A DNA stretch of 64,000 bases. Origin: Paramecium tetraurelia (taxonomy: Eukaryota). Every line of letters starts with the position of its first letter. Position 1 is the stretch's first letter. Shown one piece after another: positions 39,934-55,367 of this stretch. The stretch spans positions 124,001 to 188,000 of the forward strand of contig CT868207.1 of the NCBI GenBank assembly GCA_000165425.1, given 5' to 3'. The position numbers were made by a program, and so were the translations under genes. The notes under the pieces are model-generated. The model saw nothing but the letters and a program-made list of their open reading frames with translations. It was not told where the DNA came from and made no database searches.

Positions 39934-41093
39934 TCACATTATAACTGTATTTTTGTTATAGATGTTACTTGTAATACCTCTATGTGGCAAGATAAAACTT
40001 TGATTTATATAGACTTCATCTTTTACCTAGACATCTTCACCACAAACAGATACGCCTTCAATCCTAACCCATTTACCTATAGTTGATGACCATCCAATAA
40101 TGGATTCATTGATCCAACTATTTGCATTGATTACTACTCCCTTTAAAAGAACACAGTTCTTCAATCTGACTCCCTCTTTAACTTGGCAATCTGGTCCAAT
40201 AATTACATTAGGTCCTATGACAGCATTAGGATCAATTTAAGCAGATGCATCAATCAGAACATTTCCTACAATGTTGTTCCCCTTTGCCAAGACATCAGGT
40301 GTGTGTGTTCTATAGCTTTCCAAGATGAGAACTGTGCCTGCCAAGTAATCTTTGGGTTATCCAACATCCTTCCAAAATCCTGGCAGAATGTATTGATATA
40401 GTTGTCCTTCCTTAGCCATAATTGGGAAGATTTCTCTTTCTATAGAGGTTGGTTTAAGCTAATAGTATTGTGATATGTGTTACAGGAATCCTATCAATCA
40501 TGCTCACATTAAATAGATAGAGTCCGGAATTGATCTTGTTACTTATGAATTCTTAGGGTTTCTCGATGAAATCCTTGATTCTGCCTGTTTCATCAGCCAA
40601 TATGACTCCATATTTTGATGGATCATCGACTTCATTGACGAATATGGTTCTATAAATATAAATATTTTAAACCCTTCATGATTATGCTATTTGTGGAATT
40701 GCAACAATTTATCAAGTGGAAATTCACAAATAATGTCACTGTTAAGAACAAAGAATAAACCATCAGGATTATCCTTGATAATATGATCTTTGGCAAGTCT
40801 GATAGGACCAGCTGTTCCCAAAGGTTCAGTTTCTTAAGAGCAGATGATCTTGACTTTATAGAGATCCTATAATTTATTGATCTATTCCTTCATGGTGTCA
40901 GGTTGATAATTGATGGCTAAAATAATTTCCTACACTCCAACTTTTACCTAAAGATTTAAGATAGATGTACTAATGCTTCGATCTGATGCATGAGAATTGG
41001 TTTATTTGCGAATTCAACAAGCGGTTTAGGACACTTAAATGTAAGAGGTCTCAATCTAGTACCATATCCTCCTACAAGAATTAATGCTTTCAT
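39934..41093 (-). CDS. GMPPB: Mannose-1-phosphate guanylyltransferase (GDP-mannose pyrophosphorylase, beta type)
   Basis: [66 protein letters not shown]-terminal hexapeptide repeats. Confidence 0.97.
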
Positions 41094-42127
41094 GAGTTTA
41101 ATTAAATAATGATTTATTAATTTATCAAAACCTTAATTTGAAATGGTGAACACCCACTGATTTTCATGCATTAGTATCCTAGGCCATAAATCTCTGAATC
41201 TAAGGTTGTTGAATTTAAGCCAAACTCTAAGAAATTTAAAAATCAGATAATAATATGGTTTAATACTTTAAAAATTAGAACCACTCTAGAAACCAAATGG
41301 TGTTAATGACTTAATTTTAAAACTACTCCAATTTGAATAAGAATGATCAATTTCTCATATAGTCAGGAATTCTATCTCACAAAAAGTCTATCTCTATTTA
41401 GAAATGAATTATGATGATATGTTGAATTACCTCATCCATAGATGATGTCTTAAAAGGGACTAAAAAAGAAATTAAATTTTATGAATCATGATGATTATAT
41501 TTCTCAAAGGAAATCTTACTTTTTAAGGAATCAAATTATTCTTTATTAAGAATTTTATCAATATAAATTTAAAAGGATCAAAACCAATAGTTTCAGGTTG
41601 ATAACCTAATATATTGTCTTCGATAGTTTGGAATAGTTAATCTGCAAAACATAAAAGAAAGAAAGATACTCTAGTTTATTCAACAAATATTAAGAATTTT
41701 TAAACAAATTTCCAAAGTAAACATCAATTTATACATTCATTTCAATCATTCAAACTTCTAGTTACTTATGATTTAATTATGAAATCTTCGATATTTTCTA
41801 TTATATTTTATTATTTCAACATATTGAATTAAAAAAGACTATTTAATATTAAAATACTATATTTAAATATCTAAATTATTGAAGTCTTGCCTTATCATAA
41901 TTCAAATATTGAAGTAAATTGGAAGAGAAATTAAGTTCTAATGTCCGATATTTGTAATGCTAACATATGTATAATAAACCATTTTAATTTATAAATTATT
42001 GCGTTTTTTCTATATAATTTTACAGTTCTAGTTAGAATTTTTGGAATAATAATTTAATAGTCATTTATTGACATATTAATTTGTATTTTAATTTACATGT
42101 CAATAATATATTATATTAATTTTAAAG

Positions 42128-43757
<1,630 letters not shown>

Positions 43758-44004
43758 TATAGTTTCATTATAAAATTACATAAAACAAAAATTGCCATTA
43801 ATATTTGATATTTATTTCTAATAATTATATAAATACCATTCTTTTATTAAATAATCTAAAATATTAAATTTGATTGAGATTTCCAAATGAATTTTCTAAT
43901 TTACAATTTAAATATTGTGCATTGACTGTGTAAGCTATAGAAATAACCATTGTGTTTAAAGAAATAATTATATTAATTTTGCATAATTGTGAAATAGGGA
44001 ATCA

Positions 44005-45207
44005 TCAACTTGAATTCTTTGATTTGATTTCCTAAGATCTCGAAAGCAAAGTTTCTTAACTCGCCATTCCGTATTGTAGTAAAGGAGTACTGAAAAATGA
44101 AGGAATAAACGGCATACTCAATTAAGGGCTACAATAATAAATTAGGCATTAAAGTGGTTATATATTGGTTTAGTGAAAAGAATTTGGTTAAAAATTAGAC
44201 GAGAAATATTCTAATTTTTCTTTCTGAAGTTTTGCCTCTTATTCATTTTCCAATGGCTCTTCAGTTTTTACTAGATTTAACGATTCCTATGGATCTGGCA
44301 TTCTGAATTGTAATTTTCCTTATTTTTCTTGATTCTTTGATGCTTTAAAAGGCATTTAGTCTTCTTTTTAATTTTGGTCATCGAGATTGGATTTAAATTA
44401 GATGGATTAACTTTTTTGTTATATTTTGATAGTCTTAGAATTAGCTAATTTTGGAAACTTTAAAATATAATTAAATTATTACTTTCTTTAGTTTCTTGAT
44501 TTTTTTGACTTTATTTTCCTTGTGTTCCCGATAAAACGAATGAGATAATTCTTAATTTGGCTAAGGAATAACATAGTAAGGGTTGTCAATTTTCAAATAA
44601 TGCTTTCGAAGATATGAATAAAATCTATTTTTAATTATATTTTCCTATATATAAATTTGTTATAATACCGGTCTACCTTGTAACATCTTGGAGATTTTGC
44701 ACCACTTCGACCCAAAATTCTTGAATCCCTCAATAATAAGTTTGTCTTCGGCGTCTGTGAATGGCTCTTGATTGATCTCGGGATTTAACTTGTTAACAAA
44801 TCGTTCTCTAACTTGTTTGCTCGTTCTATTAGGGATATTTCTGGCTATTTCAACCCAATTATTTTAATAGATTTAAACAAAGTGCATTAATAATTAATCC
44901 TCTTTTTTTGTCCATATTTATCTTTTACTATATTCCTAATGTGAAAACAAAATTTTACATTTTGTGGTTTTATCCGTTTCCATCTTTGAGCACATTGAGA
45001 AGGATTTCTATTTTATAAAGCTGAAGCGACAGTCAACCAATTCGTGCCATACAATTTTATCGCACACCTTAGTTAATTGTCCTCTTTCTAAGACCAGGCT
45101 CTTCTGGAAGAATTCTTTGTATTTAAAGGTAGAGATTCATTTTTATCAAGACCTGCAGGATCGATTTCTTGTAAATTGCTGTTTTCAAAAGATTAGAAGT
45201 GATTCAT
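44005..45207 (-). CDS. Three-repeat Myb transcription factor
   Basis: WSQKEDNQL...NW...RNPSQCAQRW; WTKKEDQLL...NW...RTSKQVRERF; FTDAEDKLI...KWCKIS...GRP. Confidence 0.92.
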
Positions 45208-46197
45208 AAATATTATATTTAATAATAATTCAAATAACAATTCATATCATCTTCAGACAACTTAGATATATATATATATTTATATTATGCTTTACCTTTC
45301 TCTATTTGAATTATTACTGACTAATTTTTTTAAGAATCGCTAATATTGCGTGGTAATTTTAATGGATAATTTTAAATCATCGACCAAACCATTTTTTATA
45401 TAGCCAAGCCATTTCATAAATTATCATTACAAATCAAATGAATTCAATAATAATTTGATTTATTGTTTTCACTTCCTTAATGCAACTTACCAACACCCTT
45501 AATAAAATATTTATGTTTAAAGTAAAGATTAAATTCTTTATGATTAGTTTGAAAAAATGGCTAGATAAAGAAAATGTAAATTTTAAATATTTCTTCTGAC
45601 AAATATCTTATCTTCGCAATTTTTACTATAGAAGCCTACACAGACTAATTGGAGTGAAAAGTCAATTTGACCATGAATAATCCCTAATAGAGAATGTTTT
45701 ATACCAATTAATTATTTATATATATATATTATATTAATATATTGATATAGTAGTTTATTGTAATAAGAAATTATTGTTTAGATTACCGGTTTGTAAAGAA
45801 TGAGACTTAAAACTAATGAAACTTTAAAAACATTTTGTCTATGTTTTATTGAGTCTTCCCCCACTTAATAGGCAGTTGTTGTATCAGAGTCTGAAAGTTA
45901 CATAAAGTACATAAATGAAATTTATCTAAATAAAAGAATCTAAATTTTATCAAATGAACATACGTCAGAGTATATATTGAATTACCTCACAATGTAGTAA
46001 ATTCATTGACTTATTCTTTGAAAGTGATTCAACAAAAGGGAATTCTTCCAAAAATGATAATAACATAATTTATTTTGTGTAAGTAGAGTGAGTTAGAATC
46101 AAGGATGCTTAATTTGGCTTATTTCTCCTTCCAGGCTGTTTTAATGTTAGGAATCATTTTTGTATTCTTCTGAATCTATTATAAAATTAAATTAATA

Positions 46198-46905
46198 ATG
46201 TGGAATTACACTCCAGCTAGTAAAATTTGTCACATGAGAACTTAAATGGAAGTACAATAATTCCTTAATTACAGGCATATGATAAACATTTGTACAGTGT
46301 TAGAAATGCTAAATCGATAGTTAAAACAACTACTCCTTATAAACCCTATTTTTTGTCAGTTTGTAGTCGATATCAAAATAAATATGAGTAAACAATAATA
46401 ATGATTCCTTATGATATAGAGAAACAATGAGATCAACAAATGCAACTCAATATTATTCGACAAGATACTTGATATTGATATTAGATAGGGGGATTTAAGT
46501 TAATCGAAAATGAAATAAAAATTCAAGTTGAGTACTAGTCGTCAATCAACCAATCGAAACAGAGGCTTGTCAATAGATCTAGAGAACAGCGTATTATGAA
46601 TAACTAATAATAGAAAATTAGTGACAGGATTCAATCGGCAAAGAGTTAATATTCCAAATAAAGATAATTAAGACACAGTTCTTAATTTGAAAGATACAGT
46701 AAGAATATCTCTCAGAATGCAAGTTAAATTCTTTACTTATAAAATAGGGAGAACATCTCATTATGATTTCAAATAGCTGCTCTTATCAAAATCTTTTGAG
46801 CATAAACTAAAGAAACCTTTACTAAGATCCTCATATGTGTCAAGTCAGAACCAGTATTCAGAACCAAGTCCATATTATTCAGAAAACCCCTAGGTTTATT
46901 TTTGA
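46198..46905 (+). CDS. CFAP97/Hemingway (KIAA1430)-like protein
   Basis: AYDKHLYSVRNAKSIVKTTTP...EINKCNSILFDKILDI...IDLENSKISDRIQSAKSQYS resembles CFAP97-domain proteins. Four tiny introns. Confidence 0.6.
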
Positions 46906-46965
46906 TAATTTATTAACTGCTATTTCTTTAACAGATTTATTTTATAAATTATCACTTTCAAAAAT

Positions 46966-48324
46966 ATGGCTAATTATAGAGAACAACCTCTTTCCAAAGG
47001 GGATTATCACAATCGAGTTCCAAATAACAATTATCATAAAACTACAAAGCAACTCTATAATGAAGATCAAAACAATATTGAAAATTATTAGCAAAACCCT
47101 AGAAAATAACATTTCTGCTTAGAAACTGAAGATCAAGACAGAAATAATAGACAATATTATTAAGGCAATAATAAATACGATGAACCATTTTCAAACAATC
47201 CATATTACAACAGAGCTGCTTTAGATTAGGTTTGTAGCAAATCAATAATAACAATTTAAGATTAGCCAAATCGACTCTAAGACGACCATTTGAGGAACGA
47301 ATTGCAAAGGGACAACTATAATTAAATTAACTAGTAATAAGAGCCAATTTCTAAATATTATAATAATGATTAAAGAGATAGGTATTAGGAAGTCAAAAAC
47401 TACTACTACAATTAGAATCAATAGTCTAAATCTATTTTATCACCGAAATTATATTCTAGGGATATTTATGATTAGCAATAAGAATAATAAAAATAAACTT
47501 AAAACAAACAATCAATAAATTAATAATAAAAATACTAAAAAATAAATGAATGCGTTTAAGAGAATCCCTAATTTGGATAAATATAAGATAATTAATAGAG
47601 ATAATATCATTATTAAAGTTAACCAATATAATAGTAATTCTCTTATTAACAACAACCATCTAAAGAGTTTAGCTGTCAAAATGCACAACAATACGTATCA
47701 AATTCAACTAGATAATAAGTTAATAGTACAGATGAACATTAATCCCAAAGAGATGTTTAATAGTAATAATAAAGATAATGTGTTTCTTATCAAACACAAT
47801 CTCCATAAAGATTTCATTAAGATCTTCCAATTCAAAAACAATAACAATTTTAATAAAGACTATAATATCTAGAAGAATTGAAGAGCAGAATACCTAAAGA
47901 TGAAATATTCTATTAATAAGTTGATAAAAGAATGCCTCAAACATAATAATAGTACCGTTAAGAACAAAATGAGAGAATTAACAAAATCAATCCAATTGCA
48001 GCTGTAAGTAGAATGTAGAGACCAAATGATATTGATTAGGATACATATCATAATTCCTAGGGCCAATATCAACAATATTAATATTAGTAAAGAGAAGACT
48101 ATTTAATATAATCGAATAGGAATAATCCTAATTAGTATCTTAACTTGTATATGTCTAATAAATATGATGATCAAGGCTCATATTAATAGAGAAATAACTA
48201 ACATAAAAGGACTCGAACACCAAATCGTTATAGTGAAGACAGTTATGAAAGAGAAAGATAATAGTTTATATAGTAAACTTCTCATATTAAAACAAATTCT
48301 TAAACTATCAATAAAAGAAAATGA
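46966..48324 (+). CDS. Q/N/R/Y-rich low-complexity protein (452 aa)
   Basis: Intronless table 6 ORF from MANYREQPLSKGDYHNR to NKRK*. The length is a multiple of 3. Confidence 0.75.
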
Positions 48325-48432
48325 ATAACTACATTTATATCATATAAAAATTAACATTATAAATATTACAATGGCTTTATTACTTAAAATGTAAAAATGA
48401 AAGTTTTCTGAATTATAAGAAACTAAAAATAT

Positions 48433-49773
48433 TCAAAAAAAAGTAATACTTATAACCTATAGAATTATATATATCAATTTAATTTAGCTTAGTAATGATA
48501 ATTCAGCACAGGCAGAGTTCTTTGGCCAGGGAACTTAATCAATCAACCCAAAATCCCCTTGATGATTTTAATTTAATTTTTGTTTTTCTACCCATTTGAC
48601 TAAAGTTTGATAGGCTGTCCTATTCGATCCTTCAGGGATCGTCCAACTTCGAGAAAATGACAATTAACTTACAAATAAACTAGATTTAGCATTGAAATTT
48701 ACCAATTTGAAATACAACTAGGAACAAAAGAGCCAGTATTTGAATTTTTAATAAGTGATTCTTTAATTATTTGATGAAATTTTGAATAAACCAGATCAAT
48801 AAAATCCATTTCATTATTTTAACAATTTTCCAAGGTTTAATCTTTTATACATTTGATGTCGAGATAGTTGTATAGAAAATTTTAATCGTAAAAGGGTTAA
48901 ATAATAAATACTGGTCGTTAAATAAAATTTATTAGATTTTAGAAATACAAACATTTCCAATTCTGATTTGGATAGTTGTTTGCACATTTACTATGAGGAA
49001 CTTAGGTTTCATAATTAGCAATGTAATTCATAATCTTCAATGATTATTATAATAAATTAATTCCATCAATGGATTGTATATCGAATAATATGCTTGAGTC
49101 AGGGACAAATAAAATTGGGATATTTTCTGGAATCCTTGATGTTAAATACTATTCCCATTATAGAGCTGCCACTCCGCCGATTGAGCAACCAGATAATGTA
49201 ATTATTTCAGCTTTTTAAAATTTAGTCATGAAATGGTCAAAAATGCTTCTTATTATTAATTCACCTCTAAAATATAATAAATGCTATTAATAATTAACTT
49301 AATCCGATTTATAACCTTAAAAACCTACGGGCATATTTATTATCAGTACCAACTCCATCGCAATAATTTATATGGATTAAATTCCATGAATGGAAATAGT
49401 AATTTTTCTGTTTATCTTATGATAGCATTCCATCAAATTCAAATGCACTAGCTCTATTTAATGAACTTCCTTGTTAGGTTTGCATCCTTAATTAAATTCA
49501 TATTTAAACTTTCCAACAGCATTCATTAAATATTCTTCTTCTGTATTTCCTAAAATAAGCCTTCTATAATAACTTATACTTACTCTCCTCCCTCGAAAAA
49601 TACGATAAATTTATTCTACCCTTCCTCAGATCCCTTTTGAAAGTAATAAGACTACATTTAATTGGCAAAAATACTCCTAAGGTACCATCTAAACATTTAG
49701 CTTTGTCATCTTCAACAAATTATAACATTAGTGAGGAGCAACACCAGAGTAATTGAAAAAAAGTTAAAAGCAT
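48433..49773 (-). CDS. Pectin acetylesterase / Notum-family carboxylesterase, secreted
   Basis: Signal peptide, KAKCLDGT, FFEGG, NYCDG, LSGCSIGGVA (nucleophile elbow), PDS, WPKNSAC, hydrophobic C-terminal tail. Confidence 0.9.
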
Positions 49774-50155
49774 TAATTATGAAAATTAATTTAAATTATC
49801 TCTAAGTTAATGTATCATGAATAACTTAAATTTAATTTCTTGTTACTGTATTATTTTCCTCAAAACAATTTATGAATAGTTAGTTATTCAAGAAAAATAC
49901 TTGTTTATATTAATAATAATGAAGATCTGATACTAATTAGCTAAGTAATCCATATTTCTAGAAATCAAAAGGGCCAACAATGTTGATTATCAGTAACTAA
50001 GCTCTTATTCAACATTATTTAAATGGATTAATGTTCTATGGGGAGTATAAATGCCAAAAAAAAACATGAAAGACAAATTAAAATATATATATTATTATAT
50101 AAGTTATTATTAAATACTTAAAATAATAAAGACCTTTAATCTAATTGATTAATAA

Positions 50156-51172
50156 TCATATCATTTATTATCTTGTGATATATTTGAAGATGGTTTTTCC
50201 AAAATGTTATTCTTAAGTCATTTGTTCTGGGTAAATTTAAGGCAGAGACTAAGATCTGGCCCTCACTCTTAATGGCTTAATGCTAGCATCAGTATCATTT
50301 CTATTATCTTAGCTCAAAATGGTCCAAGTATTTACAAATTTCACTCTCACTGCATCAATCAACATAGTTACAAATAAGTAAGTCAACATACAAAATGAAG
50401 GAATACAAACTACCACTCCAAATATGTATGCATATTAATCTTTACCTTTCTTTATTATTTGTGTTATGAAATAGATCCCCAAAACAAATAATATTAAAGT
50501 GAGCATTGGAAAAATGATGAAAAATATCTTTTAACTTATAGTCATTTATTTCAATCTTGAATAGACATATTTATTAGAAAAAGTTAATTAGCACTATAGA
50601 AAGCTATTACATAATTCGCATTAAGCCTAAAACTCAATTTCTTATAACTTTACTATCAATCAAATTATCTATTGAGAATTTACTCAAAAGCCACGTCTTT
50701 AAACAATCCATATGAATATACTTGATAGATCCATCGCAACTGCATGGAGAGATAAGTTTATCTAATTAATCTTATTCTAGACATATTCTGCAAGTTGGGT
50801 TTTACTTGATATAAGAAAATCATACTTCAGTCTATGTATTTTTTATTCTTTCCAAAATAATTTAAGGGGTTTCAATGTATCTTTTAACTTTTTTAATGGT
50901 CTTTTTATTTAGATTTACAATGATTTACTTCTTCTGAGAATTCTTAAATGATGATTCTATATACTTACTTCCACTATTATCATCTATTCATCCTTTTAAG
51001 TTTATAAATTTTTCGCATTATTTGAAGGATGATATACATTAAAGCCTAATTCATTAGTGTCTTGAATAGTTTCCTCTTGTTAGGGACAGATTTGCTATTT
51101 GCTTGCATTGAATGAATTTTGAAAAGTTTAGTTGGTAGTATTTTAGAATTTCGGCCTAATTTTAATTAACAT
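50156..51172 (-). CDS. RING-CH (MARCH-like) membrane E3 ligase
   Basis: CRICLE...LISPCSCDGSIKYIHMDCLKTWL...CELC followed by two hydrophobic segments. Confidence 0.9.
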
Positions 51173-51272
51173 AATAATATTTATTAAATAATTATAATAA
51201 CATTTATCCTGCCTTGCCATATATTAGCATCTGGGCTTTTAATTAAGTTTACTGTGTTACAAGTTTATCAAC

Positions 51273-51564
51273 TCATCTTAAACTTTTAATATCACTTCTA
51301 CATTCCATGAATTCTAAAATATCTCCTCTACGAACTGGACCCTTGACATATCATATTATTGTTTTTAATGATCAACCACATACACTTCTACTAATATATA
51401 CCTCCCCTAGATCCTAATCTAATTTTAAGATTCCTACCTATTCTTCCATGGTATTTTCAATGACTACTGCTTTAGCTTCTTCAATTCTTCCTTTTGTTGA
51501 GTCCTTTGGCTAGCTATTTAAATTTTATATAATTGATTTCTAAATTAAATGATGCCAATACCAT
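51273..51564 (-). pseudogene. RPS28: 40S ribosomal protein S28 (eS28) pseudogene
   Basis: GSRGGI and II*YVKGPVRRGDILEFMECRSDIKSLR* match eS28 (...IIRNVKGPVR.GD.L.L.E.ERE.RRLR). An in-frame TGA and at least two frameshifts are present. Confidence 0.85.
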
Positions 51565-51760
51565 CTTTAGATAACTTCAACTTCAAAAAAAGGAAAGACG
51601 AAATTCGTTCATTATAAATAATGATCAAGTATCATAAGGAAGAATATCAGATAATTTAAAATATAACATATAGACTGTAAATTTCGATATTTTCTAGACT
51701 ATAGAAGTAGTGAATAAATTTAATATTGAATGGATATAAAACAATTTTGGATAAAATTAC

Positions 51761-52705
51761 TCAAAAAAGTGTTAATAACTTTTCGTATCCTTTCCAGATA
51801 ATACTAAAAATTTTACGTAAACCTTCAGGTAATATTCTATTTTCACTTAACTTATCAGCATACCATACTCTAATATATGCCTATGCATTTTTCATATTTT
51901 TATTAAATTTGGTTTTGAGTAACACGTTTTGGAAGATGATTATGGCTTGAACAAATGATGTCTTTTTTATGAATATACCAACCACAGAGTATAGGAATAG
52001 ATAGATTTCTATTTTCTATTTTGTAAGAATTATTTCACTTCTATTGGATTCCGTTGTAATATATTTGGCTACTTTAAGAGAGATTCCTTATTCATGATTA
52101 ATTTTTGTCCAAAATTCTGCAGCTCCAACCATAAAGTGTAAAGCAATTGGCAATTAAAATGCAAAACTATCGATTGTAAATAATGAAATAATAAAGAAAA
52201 TATTTGAGGTGAATTCAAGTTAAATTATTTTGATGATATATTCCTTAAAATAATTTTTCTTCGGTAACCCTTACAATCGATATATAGCAAGCAAGCAAAT
52301 AAAAATACTCCCAAAATTCAAATATTTGTGTAATTAAGGTGAAAGCAAGAACAATAAAGCAGGGAAATATATCACTTTAAGCATTCCCTCAATTATGGTC
52401 CAAATAGGAATTGATGGCAATTATTATCTGTTCTCATAATTTTATTACTATTATTGTTATTGCTAAGATTGTTATGGTTATTAATGAGTTTCTTATTTTT
52501 ATGGCTTTTCATTTTATGTTGTTTATTATGAGGTGTTTTAATTAGAATTTTGAGATTCTATGTTGATATCAAACTCTGGGTCAATATAAGTTTTATACCA
52601 TTTACGTTTGATTTTGTCCAAATTTGGAGGCAACGGATATACATTTAGGAGATATTTCTAAAAGTTGTCATTTCCCTCAAAATCGAATTTGCTATATGCT
52701 TCCAT
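51761..52705 (-). CDS. TMEM33/Pom33 (UPF0121)-like ER membrane protein
   Basis: Intronless, 314 aa. N-terminal FDFEGNDNFQKYLLNVYPLPP...KRKWYKTYIDPEF resembles plant/protist TMEM33. A Q-rich linker and multiple TM segments follow. Confidence 0.7.
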
Positions 52706-52721
52706 AATTAAAATAAATAAT

Positions 52722-53858
52722 ATGACAAATTAAGATCAAATTGGATTTATACTATCAATTGATAAAGATTGGTAGAATCTCGTGGAAAAATGTTAAAGTA
52801 TAGACAACAATATAAAAAATATGCAAACAAGACTTACCTTTACGATAGGGTAGATGAATAAGGAAATTGGGAATAGACACATTATACCAGCATATTAAGT
52901 GGAGGAAGAATAAATTAAAGAAGAAAGTCCTTTGCCTTAATAAGGAGAATCACCTTTGAAGAAACCTGTAAATTTAGTCAAACAAGCGTAAAGTCTAGCT
53001 CCAGTGTATTCAACCATAAGCGAAAGATTTTAGATTTGCAAATTTTTGGGGAAAGGAAAATTCAGTGATGTTTATTAGGCATAGGACAAATAATCTAAAA
53101 TAATTGTTGCACTAAAAGTTATTCCTAAAGCCACTATTTCAAAATATGGGATGGAAAAACAACTAGCAAATGAAATTAAAATATAGGGTTATTTAGATCA
53201 TCCAAATATACTCAAACTTTATGGCTATTTTTAAGAATGGTCAAAGGTAGTTTTGATTCTAGAATATGCTACTGATGGGGAATTGTTTAAGTTTTTAAAA
53301 AAGTAACCAAAAAAAAGATTTACAGAATAAACTGCCTCCGGGTATATTAGATAAATTATAGAAGGAATTGGATACATGCATAGCAAAAACATAATTCATA
53401 GAGACATTAAACCTGAAAATATATTAATCACTCACTCTCTGCTCAAAATTGCTGACATGGGATTATCAACTTATAATCCTGCAAACCAAGTTAGGCAATC
53501 TTTTTGTGGAACTGTAGATTATATGTCTCCTGAAATTGCAGCTGGGAGAGATTATGATCATACAGTAGATTTATGGGCTATAGGAATTCTTACATTTGAA
53601 TTATGCACTGGAGAGACACCTTTTTATGAAAAGAAAAAAGAAGATACTATGAATAAAATTATCTATAGTGGATTCGAATTCCCAAATTTTATAAGCGAAG
53701 AATGTAAAAGCTTTGTGCGTGCCTTAGTCTAAAAGGATCCAAAAAAGAGATTAAGCATTTTCTAGATTATGTAACATTCTTGGATTCAAAAATATGAAAA
53801 AGAAAGCACCATATTTAATAGAGAATTACTCAATTCTATGGTAAAACTTTTAAAATGA
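52722..53858 (+). CDS. Aurora-like Ser/Thr kinase
   Basis: LGKGKFSDVY, VALKV, HPNILKLYGYF, LILEYA, HRDIKPENIL, KIADMG, FCGTVDYMSPE. Intronless. Confidence 0.92.
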
Positions 53859-54196
53859 TAATAAAAATCAATTCTGTGATCAATCATCAATATTCAGCTC
53901 TTCTGTCACATACATCTAAGTCTTTTTATTATGAATTTTATAATGGAACTATCAATTGGAAGAATCCTAACAATAATATTTGAAACTTGAGTTTTTGAAA
54001 CAAACAATTAATAATTTCTCTTCTCTAATAAATTTTACATTTTTTATATCAAAATATTATCATTTCTGATTAGATTATTAATAAATATCATCTTGTTTTT
54101 TAGATTTCACTACTGAAATGGTTTGATATCCTGTAATATGATATATAATTATTATAGAATATAAATTTATAGATAATCAGAATTTGTTTTTGTTCA

Positions 54197-55129
54197 TCAT
54201 GCATGCATAGATTTTGTATTAAATTTGACTTTATTTGTTAATTTTTAATCAGTTTTTCTTTGAGTCTTACTTGAAGGTGAAGCAGCACTTAGTAATGGAC
54301 TTTTACATCCAGTTCTCTTAGTCTTAAGTGTAGCAGTAGAATTATATTATCCAAAAGGCTGTTTTGAATTTTACTTATTCTTTGCATTCAATTTATATTT
54401 CAATATTCCTTATTCTATTATCTCAATGTCTTTCTTTATTTTATTAGAAGTGATAGATTTAGAATCTTTTATAGTTGAAATTGATAAAGATCTATCAAAT
54501 ATTGATTTGGTATCATTTCCTTAAGTGGCTATTCTTTTGTTTGAATTATAAAGTTTTTTAGCATTAATTCCATAATATCTTTGATTGTCTAAATTTAAAT
54601 CTTTCTCTAAGGATTCTAATTTAATATATTTATTTTATCCTTCAATTCCTACTTTGAATAGTTGTTATAAATTTTATAAAATTTCTTTCTTATTTTATTC
54701 TGAAGCAGTCATCTCATTACTTATTCCTGTAAACAAGATTTAATTCTAATTTTCTTCAGACATATATATTTTTATACATAATTGATCTGATTCAAACCTG
54801 TCGATCAACTTATAATTTTTTTTTATAAGATGTTCCATTTAAGGTGGTTGGGCCCAAGGTTAGGGTGTTTCAACGATGCTATCATTTCTTTTTAACATTC
54901 TAAAGTTTTCAGTAGAAATGGCTTTCCTTAATGAAGGACTTTCACTTAATTTTCTATCTGTAATCAATCCAATTTCTAATTTCTTCTTATCTCCTTTGCA
55001 ACTAGTTCTTAAGGATGAATTTGGAAGTCCAGGCGAATTAACTCTCTGAAAGGATCCTAGTTCATTTCTATTGGAAGCATATGAATTTAATATAGAGGGA
55101 ATCAAATTTTATTGGCAAACTTAGCTCAT
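54197..55129 (-). CDS. Hypothetical Ser/Lys-rich protein
   Basis: Table 6 ORF MSQVCQQNLIPSILNSY...TKSMHA* with one clear 24-nt intron. Confidence 0.65.
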
Positions 55130-55367
55130 TTTGCGAAATAAATTCGTTAATATTTAATGATTAAAGAAAACATAATAATAAAAATACCGAATCACTATTT
55201 TAACTTGCATATGAAAAATTAAAAATCAAGCCTTAATTTTGTTAAATAAATGATTCATTTATCATTACTCCTTTAAATATATTTGGTTTAATATTTAACA
55301 TGTATAATTTAAACGATATATAGAAATAAAAAATAGTAAAGATTTTGAATTTATATTTTTATTTATG

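Noticed and set aside
45540..46150. Short coding-like fragments upstream of the CFAP97-like gene
   Set aside because: The frames I read were interrupted by TGA and showed no recognisable motif.
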